Position numbers and translations under genes: made by a program. Of a stretch of DNA of 64,000 nt, positions 1 through 13,099 are shown piece by piece. The notes beneath the pieces are model-generated. The model saw nothing but the letters and a program-made list of their open reading frames with translations. It did not search any database and was not told the origin of the DNA. The stretch covers positions 19,902,001-19,966,000 of the forward strand of contig NC_043014.1 in the NCBI RefSeq assembly GCF_006345805.1. Reading direction: 5' to 3'. The DNA is from Octopus sinensis (Eukaryota). How positions within the stretch are numbered: position 1 is the stretch's first letter; each line of letters starts with the position of its first letter.

Positions 1-193
1 ATACTCTTTTACTTACTTCAGTCATTTGACTGTGGTCATGCTGGAGCACTACCTTTAGTCGAGCCAATAGACCCCAGGACCTTTTATTTGTAAGCCTAGT
101 ACTTGTTCTATCGGTCTCTTTTGCCGAACTGCTAAGTAACGGGGACGTAAATACACCAGCATCGGTTGTCAAGCGATGTTGGGGGACAAACAC

Positions 194-225
<32 letters not shown>

Positions 226-398
226 GCATATATACGACGGGCTTCTTTCAGTTTCCGTCATCCAAATCCACTCATAAGGCTTTGGTCGGTCTGAGGCTAT
301 AGTAGAAGACACTTGCCCAAGGTGCCACGCAGTGAGACTGAACCCGGAACTATGTGGTGGGTAAGCAAGACACTTACTACACAGCCACTCCTACGCCT
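1..398 (-). mobile_element. tRNA-derived SINE, family A, full length
   Basis: Minus strand reads GGCGTAGGAGTGGCTGTGTAGTAAG...GGTTCAGTCTCACTGCGTGGCACCTTGGGCAAGTG (Pol III A/B-box-like head), an internal (TG)/(TA) tract and the tail ...GACTGAAGTAAGTAAAAGAGTAT; homologous to many copies in the window. Confidence 0.9.
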
Positions 399-472
399 AT
401 ATATTTACACTAAAATTTATACACACTTACATTGAAATAATCAAAAGCATAGACATAGACATACGTAATTAC

Positions 473-914
473 AGTAATGTTTTTATAGCAACAGAATGTG
501 GAAGTCCTATAAAGGACGATGTTACTGTTGATTTAGTCCCAGGAAAATACCTTTTCAAGCTGGCTATCAAAACACAGCTTGTGTCCGCATAGCATTTCCA
601 AGTGAGGCTACCGCTCCCACCCCTAGCCTTTCGTGATACACACAGACCTAGTTTTCTAGGTGTTATCTGTCTTCAGTGTGAGAAAATCACTAGCTTATGG
701 TTGTCTCACGCTGAGGATGGATACCTTCTAGAAACCTAGGTCTGTGAGTATCACGTAAGGCTACAGATGGAAGCGATGACTTCCCTTGCAAATGCTATAC
801 GGACAGAAACTCTGTGTCAATAGCCAGGAGGAATAGCTGTTTTCTTGGGGTTAAAACAACAGTAACATCGTTCTTTATAGGACTGCCACATTCTGTTGGC
901 GTATAAATATTACT
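473..914. mobile_element. Foldback/palindromic MITE-like element
   Basis: Left arm from 473 (AGTAATGTTTTTATAGCAACAGAATGTGGAAGTCCTATAAAGGACGATGTTACTG...) is the imperfect reverse complement of the right arm ending at 914; pairing continues almost to the centre near 695. Confidence 0.75.
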
Positions 915-1368
915 ATTCGGTACTATTGCTCTATTTCTCTCGCTCAGAAATTTAAAACAAGTTGTTTTACTCTATACGTAATTACAGCCATATGAAAAAT
1001 ATTTCCTTCTGAATATCAACTCACATACTCGCTCGGAATGAAGCAAAAACACATACACATATACTCACACACGCGCACTCTCACAAAGTGGCAAACACAC
1101 ACACACACACACATGCACGCACACGTACAGACACTCACACATACACATACATATTATCTGTCGCACGTATATTGTGTATGTGTTTTGCGTATTCGCATAT
1201 TCGCTGCGTCTAGCACGCTGGGAAAACTCCTTAAACGACGCCGAGTGTTTAAGACCACGGAATGTCCCAGACCAGGTGAGACAACTCGCTGGTCTGGGAC
1301 GTATATATAGATAGTGTACATTCCTTTTGCTGATGTGCAGCGGCGTAGTTCGTGGAAAGGAAACTTAA

Positions 1369-1746
1369 ATTACGAATTAAAAGCAGCTCTCACAATGTAG
1401 ACATTATCGATCACACATATATAGCGTAGGTGTTTCGTTAATACGCCTATTTGCTGCGGATAGCGTCCTAGGAAAGTTTCGTTTCGAGGTGTTTCGACGA
1501 CATGGTACCGATGAGCCACGATAATGGCGAAATTTATCATTCTCGATCATTCTCATTTAACATATTTATCATTCTCGATCATTTCCTTTCGAGTTGGAGC
1601 ATTCAGAATTCCTTAACATTCAGCGTCGTGCAGGGAGCTTCTCCAGGACGCTATCCTGGAACAAATAGACGTATAATCTAAACATATACACTATGCAGAG
1701 CGACCGGATAATGTTTACATTATGAGAACTGCTTTTAATTCGTAAT
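1369..1746. mobile_element. MITE-like element with ~120-bp imperfect terminal inverted repeats
   Basis: ATTACGAATTAAAAGCAGCTCTCACAATGTAGACATTATC (1369-) versus GATAATGTTTACATTATGAGAACTGCTTTTAATTCGTAAT (-1746); pairing extends to GGATAGCGTCCT/AGGACGCTATCC. Confidence 0.7.
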
Positions 1747-1774
1747 GTATATTGTATATATATATATATATACA

Positions 1775-1822
<48 letters not shown>

Positions 1823-2156
1823 GTAGATCATGGTTTGTCGAGTTACGTAGTTATATATTAGTCAATCAGATTTCAACCTACTAGACTCCTGTTTTCGCAA
1901 TTTATTTCTGTATTTTCACAATTTGACACTATAATGTGTTACAATATTACAAGTAGTTTCATGTTTTATATCAAGCTTTAGGTAGATGTTTATATGGAAG
2001 ATTTCAGAAATAGATAATGTGCTGCACATTTGACTAGTGTTTGTATATATGTGTTTATCTTTGTGCGTGTGTGTATGCGTTTGTATACACATGTACACAT
2101 CTGCATATGCACATTTGACGGACAATTGGCGGAGTCGGCAACGTGTCACTTATCGT

Positions 2157-2218
2157 TCAGATTTTGTATTCTCTGTATCGAACTTCTGCCGGGATAGTTT
2201 TATCTATGCCCCAGCCGT
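2157..2218 (-). CDS. Candidate terminal coding exon of host gene, (D)GWGIDKTIPAEVRYREYKI*
   Basis: Acceptor gtaatatctttag|AC; phase 1 matches the 3752-3948 exon; TGA at 2159-2157; minus-strand AATAAA at 1901-1906. Confidence 0.4.
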
Positions 2219-2938
2219 CTAAAGATATTACCAGTTGTGTTCTGATGTTCATTTCGTCTCTACCATTCAGTCTTTCTATCTGCTGCCTTTTCTTATCCTC
2301 ATTGAGAAAAAATATCTGCTGAGGTCAGACCTAGAGAGGGTCTAGTCTACCAGATCTTAAGCAGTACACAAGACAGTTACACCGTCTCTACTGAGAACGC
2401 AAAGCAAAGCAACGTACGCATATATAACAATGAATATTACGGAGATGTCAAGTTGGCTCCAAGAATGATTGATTTCGCTCATGAATCCACAAAACTGCTA
2501 GTGGAATAGACTGACGTATAAGTGACTTAATATAACTCACAGATACATGTACATTTGTGTAATAACCAATATGACATAGTACGAAGGAATATTAATCAGA
2601 ATGATCATTTGATTTACAGGTATAGTCAATATAGCTGACAGGTTTGCACAAAACTTAAGTACAAATTTCGCTCATAATGTTAATGGTAGTAAAAACAGGC
2701 TCAAGATACCGTGAATTGCGATCTAATAATATCTCTCTTCCTCTCTAACTCGCGGTCTCTCTTTTCTCTCTAACCCTTCCCCCTCTCTCATTCACTCTCA
2801 CTCTCTCTTTTTTCTCTCTCTGTCTCTTTCTTTATAGGTAATATAATACACCAATATATAATATGGATGTATGGATGTATATAATGCATATATATATATA
2901 TATATATATAATATATATATATATATAGAGAGAGAGAG

Positions 2939-2970
<32 letters not shown>

Positions 2971-3532
2971 TAGATAAATAGATACATACATATATAGATA
3001 TAATATATATATATATATAGGAATATATATATATATTATATATATAAACAACAGTACAAAAATTCTATATCATGATGACCTTGCAATGATATAATGTTAG
3101 ATATATGTTTTAATGATAGATGGAAAAAAAGAAGATATAACCATATGATCCAACGATGCCACAATATATACTAATGATTGCTTTATAACCATCAGACAAA
3201 AATAATGGGACATAAAATATATAACAATTATACATATAATGCAAAACAATTTGATACGATATAAGTTACATAAAGAAGCGCTAAAGTTGCTGCTCTAACA
3301 ATGTTATATAATGATGCAATATAATGGCAGCTTTAATATAGCTAATACCATACCAGAGCTGGAAGATATTAACAAATTATATATACATGCATATAAACAC
3401 ACATAACACATAACGATACATATGATATATATATATGTTCTTTTCTTCTTTTATCCTCTTATTTGTTTCAGTCATTTGACTGCTGATATGCTGGAGCACC
3501 ATATACATACATACATACATATATATACATAT

Positions 3533-3588
<56 letters not shown>

Positions 3589-3751
3589 GTGTCAGCAATA
3601 CACATACACATACACACATACACGCATACGAACGAAAGCATATTATGTGTGCATATGCATACAATAACAATTCTACTCCCTGATGTTGTATAGTAATTCC
3701 CCGTATTATCCTGGAAAAATAAGGAGAAGTCATAAGGGTACTGACACTTAC

Positions 3752-3948
3752 CTTGCGTAGTCTCCGAGTCTGATATAACAACAACATTTGGGATATGTGT
3801 TATGTCGGGTGAGACCCGGGGTGATGGCAGTATGTCAAAGCTATCATCTTCGCTATCCCCGCCACATAGGGGTAGCAATTTATTGTCCTGGGTGTCCTGG
3901 CTGTTCTCATCAGACAGGTACCCATTATGAGGCGACTGGTCGGGTAAG
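3752..3948 (-). CDS. Internal coding exon of uncharacterised host gene (LPDQSPHNGYLSDENSQDTQDNKLLPLCGGDSEDDSFDILPSPRVSPDITHIPNVVVISDSETTQ)
   Basis: Acceptor ttttcttttctttacag|C and donor AAG|GTAAGT are both consensus; 197 bp open frame (phase 2 to 1) in unique sequence; Ser/Asp-rich product. Confidence 0.75.
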
Positions 3949-4593
3949 CTGTAAAGAAAAGAAAATTATTATAAAATATGGGACACAACAATAACAACAT
4001 AAATAATACACCTCAATTTCACATGAAATTGTAACGCAAAAGATTCAACATTAATTTTTATCTGTTGGAAAGTAAACATTTTCACTCCGTCATTAACTTC
4101 TGAAATGTAATTTTCATAAAACTCCTCCGTCATGATGCGCTGACGTTTGTTTCCGTGATTGACCAGTCGCATATTTAGACTTCTTGAGGTATGTCTAATC
4201 AAAATCATTGTTTTATTACCGTTCACTATTCAAATGTTTACCCTGGATTTTTAATTCGAGTAAGAATCCTCAAGAAAAAGAAAAAGCGAGTGGTGGGGAG
4301 ACTGAGAGAGAGAGATCTAGATATTACCCTCACGCATGAGGGTGAATTTCTGTGTATATGTGTGTGTGAGAGAGAGTATGCGTGTGAGAGACTAATGTGT
4401 GTGTTTGTGTGTGTGTGTGTGTGTGTGTCTGTGTGCGCGTGTGTGTTCAGGCGCTGACATACATACACATAGGTAAGTGTGTTTGGATCTGTTCTCAATA
4501 CTATAGTAAAGGTTCATGTCTTATTATGCTGGAGTTTGTCCGTTCCTAAAATGTGTTTCGGCTATCAAGTGCACAGTGTCTGCAGGCAAGTTA

Positions 4594-4632
<39 letters not shown>

Positions 4633-4845
4633 CACACACATACACAAATACATACACAAACATATCTTATATGTTTAACTTTTTACTTGTTTCAGTCATT
4701 GGACTGTGGCCACGCTCGGGCACCACGTTGGGGTACATTTTCTTGCTTGAGTCGTCGAGCCACAAGTCACTTTAGATTGATCGATCTGGGCTTTCAACAA
4801 CACCAACACCCCAGATACACATTTACGCTAAACAAATCAGTGGCG

Positions 4846-4898
<53 letters not shown>

Positions 4899-5576
4899 TG
4901 ATGCTGAGATAGAGAGAGACCGATTCCATGAAATGTGAGTACGATCATTCTCTGGAGAGAACGAAAGTCTTTTAAAGCTAACATTCTCTGATGATCGTTG
5001 GTGCATATTTCGTGTTCAAACTGAGATGCAGACAATTAAACTCTTATCCCCTATTCACCACCTTTGCTCAAATTACACGATCAAACGATGAACGATTTCG
5101 TTGTATTTGAGCTCAACACGAATGGAAGTATTCTTCCATCTCATATTCACCTCCGCTTTCGCGATTTTACACCTGACAGATTATAAATTGATGGCTTAAC
5201 ATGGAAATGCATTTTCACATGTTTCTCTCAAAATGCAATAAGAACTTGCAGCTGTTAACATTGCAACAGCTGCGCTAAATATTTCGGATATCAACCGTAA
5301 AGCATGGCTGTTGTTGTTGTTGGGGATGGTGGCACTGGTTGTAGTTCTAATGATTGTCGTTTGCGTGGAGATGGTAGTGGTGCGTGGGCATGTGTCGGTT
5401 CGAAGAATTTAAAATTGCGCTTTAATACACCTAGCAGTGATTTGTTTTCTTTTATCTTCTTTTAAATCTCCACTCCTAACCAATCAAACGCAGTTTGCTA
5501 CCTCTGCTACTATAACTGCGTTTAGCAATAAGAAAAACAACAACAATAATAATAATAATCATAATAATAATTTACA

Positions 5577-5755
5577 ATGGTTTCAAATTTTGGCACAGTC
5601 TTGAGGGGAAGGGGCAAATCAATTACTTCAACCACATTACTGGAGCGACACTTTATTTTATCAAGATCTAAAGAATGAATGGCATATTTGAACTCAAAAA
5701 GACCCGGAAGAAATACCGTTAAGCATTTTGTCCGATGCTCTAATGATTCTGCTGA
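5577..5755 (-). mobile_element. SINE family B (Nin-domain-like), degenerate
   Basis: Reverse complement matches the family B head (CAGAATCATTAGAGCATCGGACAAAATGCTTAACGGTATTTC) and the tail TGTGCCAAAATTTGAAACCAT. Confidence 0.7.
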
Positions 5756-6016
5756 AGAAGAGGAGCAGGGGGAAGGGGAAGATGAAGAAGAAAACGGAAG
5801 AGAAGAAAAGGGAGGAGACTTTTCTTTATTGATAGACCAACATCGTGATTCCACATGCTATATCCAGCTCGATAGAGAACATACTCCTCCGCAGATCGAT
5901 AAGCCCTTTTGCAAATTCTCTTTTAAAGCATCCGAAAGCACTCAACTTTTTTGAAATACAGAGGAATGTCACCTTCCTCCTTATTCTTTCCGATATAGTT
6001 TTGTCGAATATTTCAC

Positions 6017-6047
6017 GTGTATACTTTCACTAGTTCCTTCCATGATG
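6017..6047 (-). CDS. Candidate micro-exon (SWKELVKVY)
   Basis: Acceptor catattttcag|CA, donor AC|GTGAAA; phase 1 to 2 bridges the 8925-9020 and 3752-3948 candidates; short, so it could be chance. Confidence 0.25.
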
Positions 6048-7009
6048 CTGAAAATATGTATATAGGCACGTATATAACTAATATAATTAAGAATTTCGCA
6101 ACTACGTGTTTTGGGGTTCATTTCCATTCCATAGGTCCTTAGGGTAAATGACTTTTAGCCTAGTTGCGCCACGACTACTGCATTCTGGGTGTAATATCGT
6201 GGATCAAAACTATGGAAAAAGACGGAAACATTCATATGTGAAAACACACAAGTACACATTTATATGAATGTGTGTGTTAATGTTTATGTCAATGCGTGTG
6301 CATGTGTGTGTTTGTGTACATCTATGTACATCTGTGCATTTGCATTAAAACTTCCTTAAGAATTGGTGATATGTTTATGTTCCGTCGACTTCAAGCATGC
6401 TAAGGCGATCGCCATGGATCGAAAAACGTGGAATAACAACACCATCGGCATCCAACGGCATCCACATCTAATAGTTGACAGAATAGCCTCACTCTACGGT
6501 CGCCAGTTTGGGATTTATTTACTAACCTTTTACGTCTGACGAATAGGAATTGATAAGATAATAATCAGTTTCTGTCAAAATCACTTAGAAAGGCAGTCAC
6601 GAGTTTTCGTACTTAGGATATTAGTCTAACGATCTTTAAGCCATGTTTCTCAGACCTGATCGGTGAGCAGTGTCCTTGGATGAGATATTCCTTTCAATGC
6701 TCAATCAACTAAAAATGGGTAGCAGCCAGGAAAGGCTTACTTTTGCGGTTTTGGTTACCCAAGCATTCGGAAACAAGGATATGCCTCGACCTCATTAGAC
6801 TGCAGGCTAGCGACATACATAGGTTGTTATTATCGATTAGACTGACTTGAAAGTGGAACCCCACATTGGCCACTAGCCAATTATAAATATAGTACATGAA
6901 ATGAATAAAACCATGAATGAATTCTAAACACAGGCATATTATTTTACATAAAGCCTCTTTTCTGCCATATATGCCCATCTCTCTCACTCACTCACTCACT
7001 CTCCTCCAC

Positions 7010-7035
7010 TCTCTCTCTCTCTCTCTCTCCCTCTC

Positions 7036-7114
<79 letters not shown>

Positions 7115-7464
7115 ATAGCATATTCTTATATGACTATGTGCACGCGGCTGTTTGCATGTGTACATTTACATAGATTTAATCGATATTAAATCTTAAACAT
7201 AAATACGTAAACATCACAACATGAAAATACGAAAACGACCAGCTCTCACAAAAGGATTTCACCACGCATTCCTTCATCTTCGTGAACTCCTCTGAGAGAT
7301 GTCAGTCGCTATTTTCGAAACAGTCGACTCATAGCTTATGTATAACAATTAGATATGATTTCTAAAATAAAGTAAGCTTGTATGCATCCCAAGAGACACA
7401 CATGTCCATACATATGCACACAAGTAACTAGCAATGTATCTAATTAGCTCTCGCTGTTTATATC

Positions 7465-7516
<52 letters not shown>

Positions 7517-7560
7517 ATATATATATATATATAGATAGATAGATAGATAGGTAGATAGAT

Positions 7561-7597
<37 letters not shown>

Positions 7598-7665
7598 GAT
7601 AGATAAATAGATGGATAAATATATATATATATATAGATAGATAGATAGATAGAAGATAGATATAT

Positions 7666-7732
<67 letters not shown>

Positions 7733-7930
7733 TATAGATAGATAGATAGCGATCTCTGCATATATGCATATAGAAGTACAGTTGAGTATAATATTTGTAG
7801 GTATGCATGTATGTATATATATAAATCTCCCTCTCTCTCTGTCTCGCTTTTTCTCTCCTTCTCTCTTTCTCTCTCTCTCTGCGTATATATATATATGCAT
7901 GTGTGTGTGTGCGTGTGTATAAGGATATAT
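7010..7930. repeat. Compound microsatellite block (CT)n/(TA)n/(GATA)n
   Basis: Long (TA)n at 7041-7110 and (GATA)n at ~7530-7750, directly visible. Confidence 0.95.
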
Positions 7931-8383
7931 AGTCATAATATATATATACAGTTATGTTATATACAGTAAATATTTATAAAATATACTGCGTCAATCCCAT
8001 TCTCAAAAACACGAGTAATATTGATAATTCTGCGGACAGCTATGTAAAAGCGTCATCTGTGTAGGTTACAGAAGATGACAATCACTCTTTTGGGTAAATA
8101 AACAGAAAATAACTACGATTCTTTTTCATGCGTTTTGAGAACGATTGTTCCCTCGTCTTAAAGAAATCGCCTTCAGTTTTGGCTGCCTAGAGAATTATTA
8201 ATCTAAATTGCTGACTCTTGTTGTTTGCCAGGCTATTGTAATTTGCTTTACGTATACCATTTTTTTTATTGGGAAACGCTGTCAGTTATTTTCCTCTCTT
8301 CGAAGTGAATGACAACAGTATTTTTGTTTAAGTGTAAGCATTGTGTAACCTTTAGATTGATCTAAAACTATTTTCATTATATA

Positions 8384-8760
8384 GGCGCAGGAGTGGCTGT
8401 GTGGTAAGTAGCTTGCTTACCAACCACACGGTTATGGTTTCAGCTCCAATGCGTGGCACCTTCTGCAAGTGTCGTCTACTATAGCCTCGGGATGACCAAA
8501 ACCTTGTGAGTGTTTTTGGTAGATGGAAACTGAAAGAAGCCTGTCGTATATATTTATATATATATATGTATGTATGTGTATGTGTGTGTGTGTGTGTGTG
8601 CGTGCGTGCGTTTGTGTATGTTTGTGCGCCTGTGTTTGTCCCCTCAACATTGCTTGACAACCGATGCTGGTATGATTACGTTCCCGTCACTTAGCGGTTC
8701 AGCAAAAAAGACCGATAGAATAAGTACTAGGCTTACAAAGAATAAGTCCTGGGGGTTGAT
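8384..8760 (+). mobile_element. SINE family A, lacking the last part of the tail
   Basis: GGCGCAGGAGTGGCTGTGTGGTAAG head through AATAAGTCCTGGGG. Confidence 0.9.
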
Positions 8761-8924
8761 GGAGAGAGTGAGATAATGTGCAGCACATACAAAAGCTGAA
8801 CATTTATACGTCGTCTTCGACGGGAGAGTCCATTTGTATATATATATATATATATATATATAAGGGCAATATCCAGGGATCGAAGTATAAGAAGTTTGGA
8901 AGCTTTATGTTATATCACCTTAAC

Positions 8925-9020
8925 TTATTCGAACATGATCTGTGTGGTCTGTAGGGAATTGTTGATTTGGTTTGTTTCGAACATCTATTCTGTTGATAAA
9001 CTCAAAGCATCCGGGAAAGG
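8925..9020 (-). CDS. Candidate coding exon, (A)FPGCFEFINRIDVRNKPNQQFPTDHTDHVRI
   Basis: Acceptor tttttgtgatag|CC, 97-bp intron to the 9118-9207 exon, phase 1; the donor A|GTTAAG is weak and the alternative is a TAA stop at 8922-8920. Confidence 0.45.
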
Positions 9021-9117
9021 CTATCACAAAAATATTGAGAAAAACACAAAACATGTATGATAATAAAATTATATCGTAACCAGAAAGCACCTTGTCATTC
9101 GTGAGTAAATAAAATAC

Positions 9118-9207
9118 CGTAGAAAAAGCCTTGCTTTTCAGAAAACCAACATAGGTCACGTCTTTCCATTATTTCCATGATTCGTTTTTCTTCTCTCACA
9201 TCTGAAT
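9118..9207 (-). CDS. Candidate coding exon, (D)SDVREEKRIMEIMERRDLCWFSEKQGFFY
   Basis: Acceptor attctttttcaag|AT, donor ACG|GTATTT; 90 bp, phase 1-1, open frame. Confidence 0.55.
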
Positions 9208-10049
9208 CTTGAAAAAGAATATTTGACAGCAATGTTTATATTTTTACGTTTATCTTAGAGCAAATACGAATGTATTTGCAGTACAATGCTCTTTGATTTC
9301 CTTCTGTCACCAAGTAAACGTAACCTGCTTTACCAATGTTATATACGAGAGAATAATGCGATCTCCTGCATAAATTTTTCTGAGAGAGCTTATATGTACA
9401 ATATACCAACGAATGAGTATATAGCTAGAAAAGAGAATATATATAACATTAATATTTCAGGGGGAAATATGGATATCGCAGTTATATATAGGACCATGGT
9501 TAAAATAAGAAACCTCGTAATAGAGATGAAATGTTATAAACTGTGATTGGAACAAAGATAAAATATTATCTAGAGGATGAAAATTAATTCATTGGTTCTA
9601 CAGATTCACTGACATGCAATCATAGTTTATCACCGCTACATATTACGTGATCGGCTACACATCATTTCCATTCTCACTATGTATTCCCCATTACAAAAAA
9701 TCAAACCAACTCTTTTACAGAATTTATTAAAATGAAACAATAAAACAGTAATTTCCTTTCTTTCTTTTTCTACATTTAATAATGTAGGTCAATCACCTCG
9801 TAAGACATTAAACTACTTCCAATTCATTTATTCTCTTGTTTATTACATTGATTTTCACATGACTTTTTCCCCGCAGGGAATTACGGAAAACAAAACAAAC
9901 AATATTTTTTTGTAGTCTAGACAGCAATTGGCGATTTCATACGTATTAATGAATTCCAATACTGCTGTGTTCTTACGGCACGCATTACATACCGTAATCG
10001 ATTTAAATAACAACCACCCGCAAATTAAACTGCCGGTATATATGTATAA

Positions 10050-10250
10050 GGTGGTTAGCTGGCAAAATCGTTAGTACGCAGGTCAAATGGCTTAGTCATT
10101 TTTACGTTCTGAGTTCAAATTCCGCCGATGCTAACTTAGCTTTCCATCCATTTTGAGGTCGATAAAATAGGTACCAGTAGAACACTAGGGCCGAGGTAAT
10201 CGGCTAAATCCCTCCCCCAAATTTCAGGTTTTGCGCTTGTAATAGAAAGG
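10050..10250 (+). mobile_element. SINE family B (Nin-domain-like)
   Basis: GGTGGTTAGCTGGCAAAATCGTTAG head, GTTCAAATTCCGCC B-box-like motif, TTTCCATCCATTTTGAGGTCGATAAAATAGGTACCAG core. Confidence 0.85.
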
Positions 10251-10265
10251 ACATACATCTATATA

Positions 10266-10655
10266 TTCTCTTTTACTCTTTTACTTGTTTCAGTTATGTG
10301 ACTGTGGCCATGCTGGACTACTGCCTTTATTCGAACAAATCGACCCCAGGAATTAAGCCTAATACTTATTCTATCGGTCTCTTTTGTCGAACTGCTAAGT
10401 TACGGGGACGTAAACACGCCAGCATAGGTTGTCAAGCGATGTTGGGGGTACACACAAACATATACACACATACATATATACATACAGATATACGACGGGC
10501 TTCTTTCAGTTTCCGTTTACCAAATCCACTTACAAAGCTTTGGTCGGCCCGAGGCTATAGTAGAAGACACTTGCCCAAGGTGCCACGCAGTGGGACTGAA
10601 TCCGGAACCATGTGGTTCGTAAGCAAGCTACTTACCACACAGACTCTCCTACGCC
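10266..10655 (-). mobile_element. SINE family A, full length
   Basis: Close match to the 1-398 copy along its whole length. Confidence 0.9.
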
Positions 10656-10702
10656 TAGATATATGTATTATGTGATTAAGAACAATCGAGGAAGTGAATT
10701 AC

Positions 10703-10816
10703 CATCAACGTAGACATCCTGCGAAGTAACTTGCCATGAATAACACTCCTCTTTTGCATAATATATATAAAAATACAGTCGGAGCATTGACTTTCCATTG
10801 TGATATTGTATATGCG
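10703..10816 (-). CDS. Candidate coding exon (HIQYHNGKSMLRLYFYIYYAKEECYSWQVTSQDVYVD)
   Basis: Acceptor actcacttacag|CG, donor ATG|GTAATT; 114 bp, phase 1-1, open; joins in frame to 9207. Confidence 0.55.
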
Positions 10817-10984
10817 CTGTAAGTGAGTACTTGTTTGATTAACTAAATCTGTATTTCCTATATTCATGTGTGTCCCCATCGCCTTTGTGTGTGTATATAT
10901 ATATATATATATGTTTATGTGTATGTATGTACGTACGTACGTATGTATGTATGTATGTGTATATGTATGTATGTATATATGTTG

Positions 10985-11183
10985 ATTCGCTAGCTTCTGC
11001 ACGCATTTTTTTCTCTCCTTGTTTATTTCCGTGTTTCTTTTCTGTGTATCTTTCTGTTGAAGAGCGTAGGCTCGAAACGTAAAAGACTTGTTTTATTTAT
11101 ATTCCTGAGCGCCATACTAATACAATTGTTTGTTTGTATTCCACCTGCCTTCGTCTTTTGTTTATTTTCATAAAGCTTCCCGT

Positions 11184-11187
<4 letters not shown>
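10985..11187 (+). mobile_element. Penelope-type terminal repeat fragment with hammerhead-like motif
   Basis: CTTT-CTGTTGA-A-GAGC(gtag)GCTC-GAAAC-GTA-AAAG at 11050-11085; related to 38860-39107. Confidence 0.55.
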
Positions 11188-11217
<30 letters not shown>

Positions 11218-11307
11218 TGTATGTATGTATGTATGTATGTATGTATGTATGTGATCAGGCCAAGAAGGAATGATCATGCTTGGACGAGCATCGATCACGT
11301 GGGAGGA

Positions 11308-11358
<51 letters not shown>

Positions 11359-11735
11359 TTGAGAGAGAGTAGAGGGATTGAAGAATTAGGGAAGAAACTA
11401 GAGACAGACTGGGAGAGACACAGAGGGAGCACAGAGGGGAGGTACAAGTAAGATAGTGGGAGAAAGTAGAGAGATTAAAGAAAGAGAATGCCAAGAAATG
11501 TGAGAGAGGGGGAGCAAGAAAAAGAAAAGAGCGAAGATAGAACTCGTAAATAAATAAATATATATATATTATATATATTATGCTATATGTATATATATAT
11601 ATATATAATATATATATGCATATATATACATATACATACATATATATATCATATGTATACATACATATATATATATATAGATATATATAGTATATATATA
11701 TATTATATATAGCATAATATATATATATATATATC

Positions 11736-11852
11736 CTCATGATCACCGTGACCGACCAGGCTATCAGATGTTGCTACACATCGCTGGTCACATGCGCTTC
11801 GCATTGTTTTAACTTCAAATGACGCCACCTCACTGCCAAGCGAGCAGGCAGG

Positions 11853-11855
<3 letters not shown>
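11736..11855 (-). mobile_element. Interspersed repeat fragment (probable SINE 3' portion)
   Basis: GC-richer segment CCTCATGATCACCGTGACCGACCAGGCTATCAGATG...GCGAGCAGGC between (TA)n tracts; family assignment inferred. Confidence 0.45.
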
Positions 11856-11917
<62 letters not shown>

Positions 11918-12350
11918 TATATATATACGAGTACAGGACGTTACAAAACGTAAACAATATGGAATACGGAAACAAACTTGGGTGCGCGCAAACAATGAGA
12001 GAAACAAATGGAAAACAAGACAAGTAACATAACGAAAGACCATTCATCAGTTGTGGGCTGTCCATTTACTCCTCATTTCGAGCATATATATGTATACACC
12101 TATGTACATATGTGTGTTGTTGTGTGTATATAAATATGTATATATGTATATATATGTATGTATATGAATATATATATATTTATGTACATATACGTATATA
12201 TATATTTATATATGTATGTATATGCATATATATATGTATATGTGTATACGTATATATATATACGTTTAAATATTTGTTGGGCAAGATTTTTTTTGGCTAA
12301 ACTGGCAATATGACCATTCCGAAATATAACAACAATATATATATCTATAT

Positions 12351-12423
<73 letters not shown>

Positions 12424-13099
12424 ATTCCCATACGTATATTCTAACATACACATTTTCTTTTCTTTTGTCTTTTTTGTTTTTTTTTTTATTGGTAAAGGGT
12501 TTCATTGTCTCCAAGTTACTCCAGTATTATCTGTCATTCTACTTCCGTTCTCAAGAGGAAACTATGTGTGTAAACATACTAACTATTGATTTTTAAAGAA
12601 CATTAGAAACACCGACACCATTGCCAACAACCAGGACAAATATCAACAATCAAACCCTCACCGCCACCACAACCACCAGCATCAACAACAATATCAAATA
12701 TAACCCATTTAAAAGAAAAAGTAACTTGTAATTCATGTTGTAAGAGACAGACTGACCGAGCGGTTATTGGAATGATAAGTTAGTTCCTTTTCAGGCGTAG
12801 TATAGCAGGCCTCTGATCCCAGGAGTTCGATTTGTGAACATTCCATCGCTACCAGTCTTTCGTCGTTTGCCCAGAGCTAACGATTCAGTGCATATCTATT
12901 ATAGTGTAGGATTTTAGTTAGATTTGGCAGCTCTTTCTAGTTAATAAAATATCTGGCTTAATCTAAGGAGGAAGAGCAACACCTATGACTTTTGGGTGTC
13001 TTAGAGATTGGTGATACAAAGGCATCCCTAAAATGGAGACCTGTCCTGAATAATATACACAACATTAACTTCTTTTTTTTTTTTGGACCAGCACCAGGG

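Noticed and set aside
5291-5461. Minus-strand Pro-rich frame (VLKRNFKFFEPTHAHAPLPSPRKRQSLELQPVPPSPTTTTAMLYG*)
   Set aside because: The acceptor lacks a pyrimidine tract and the frame ends in a stop upstream of a stronger exon; at most an alternative terminal exon
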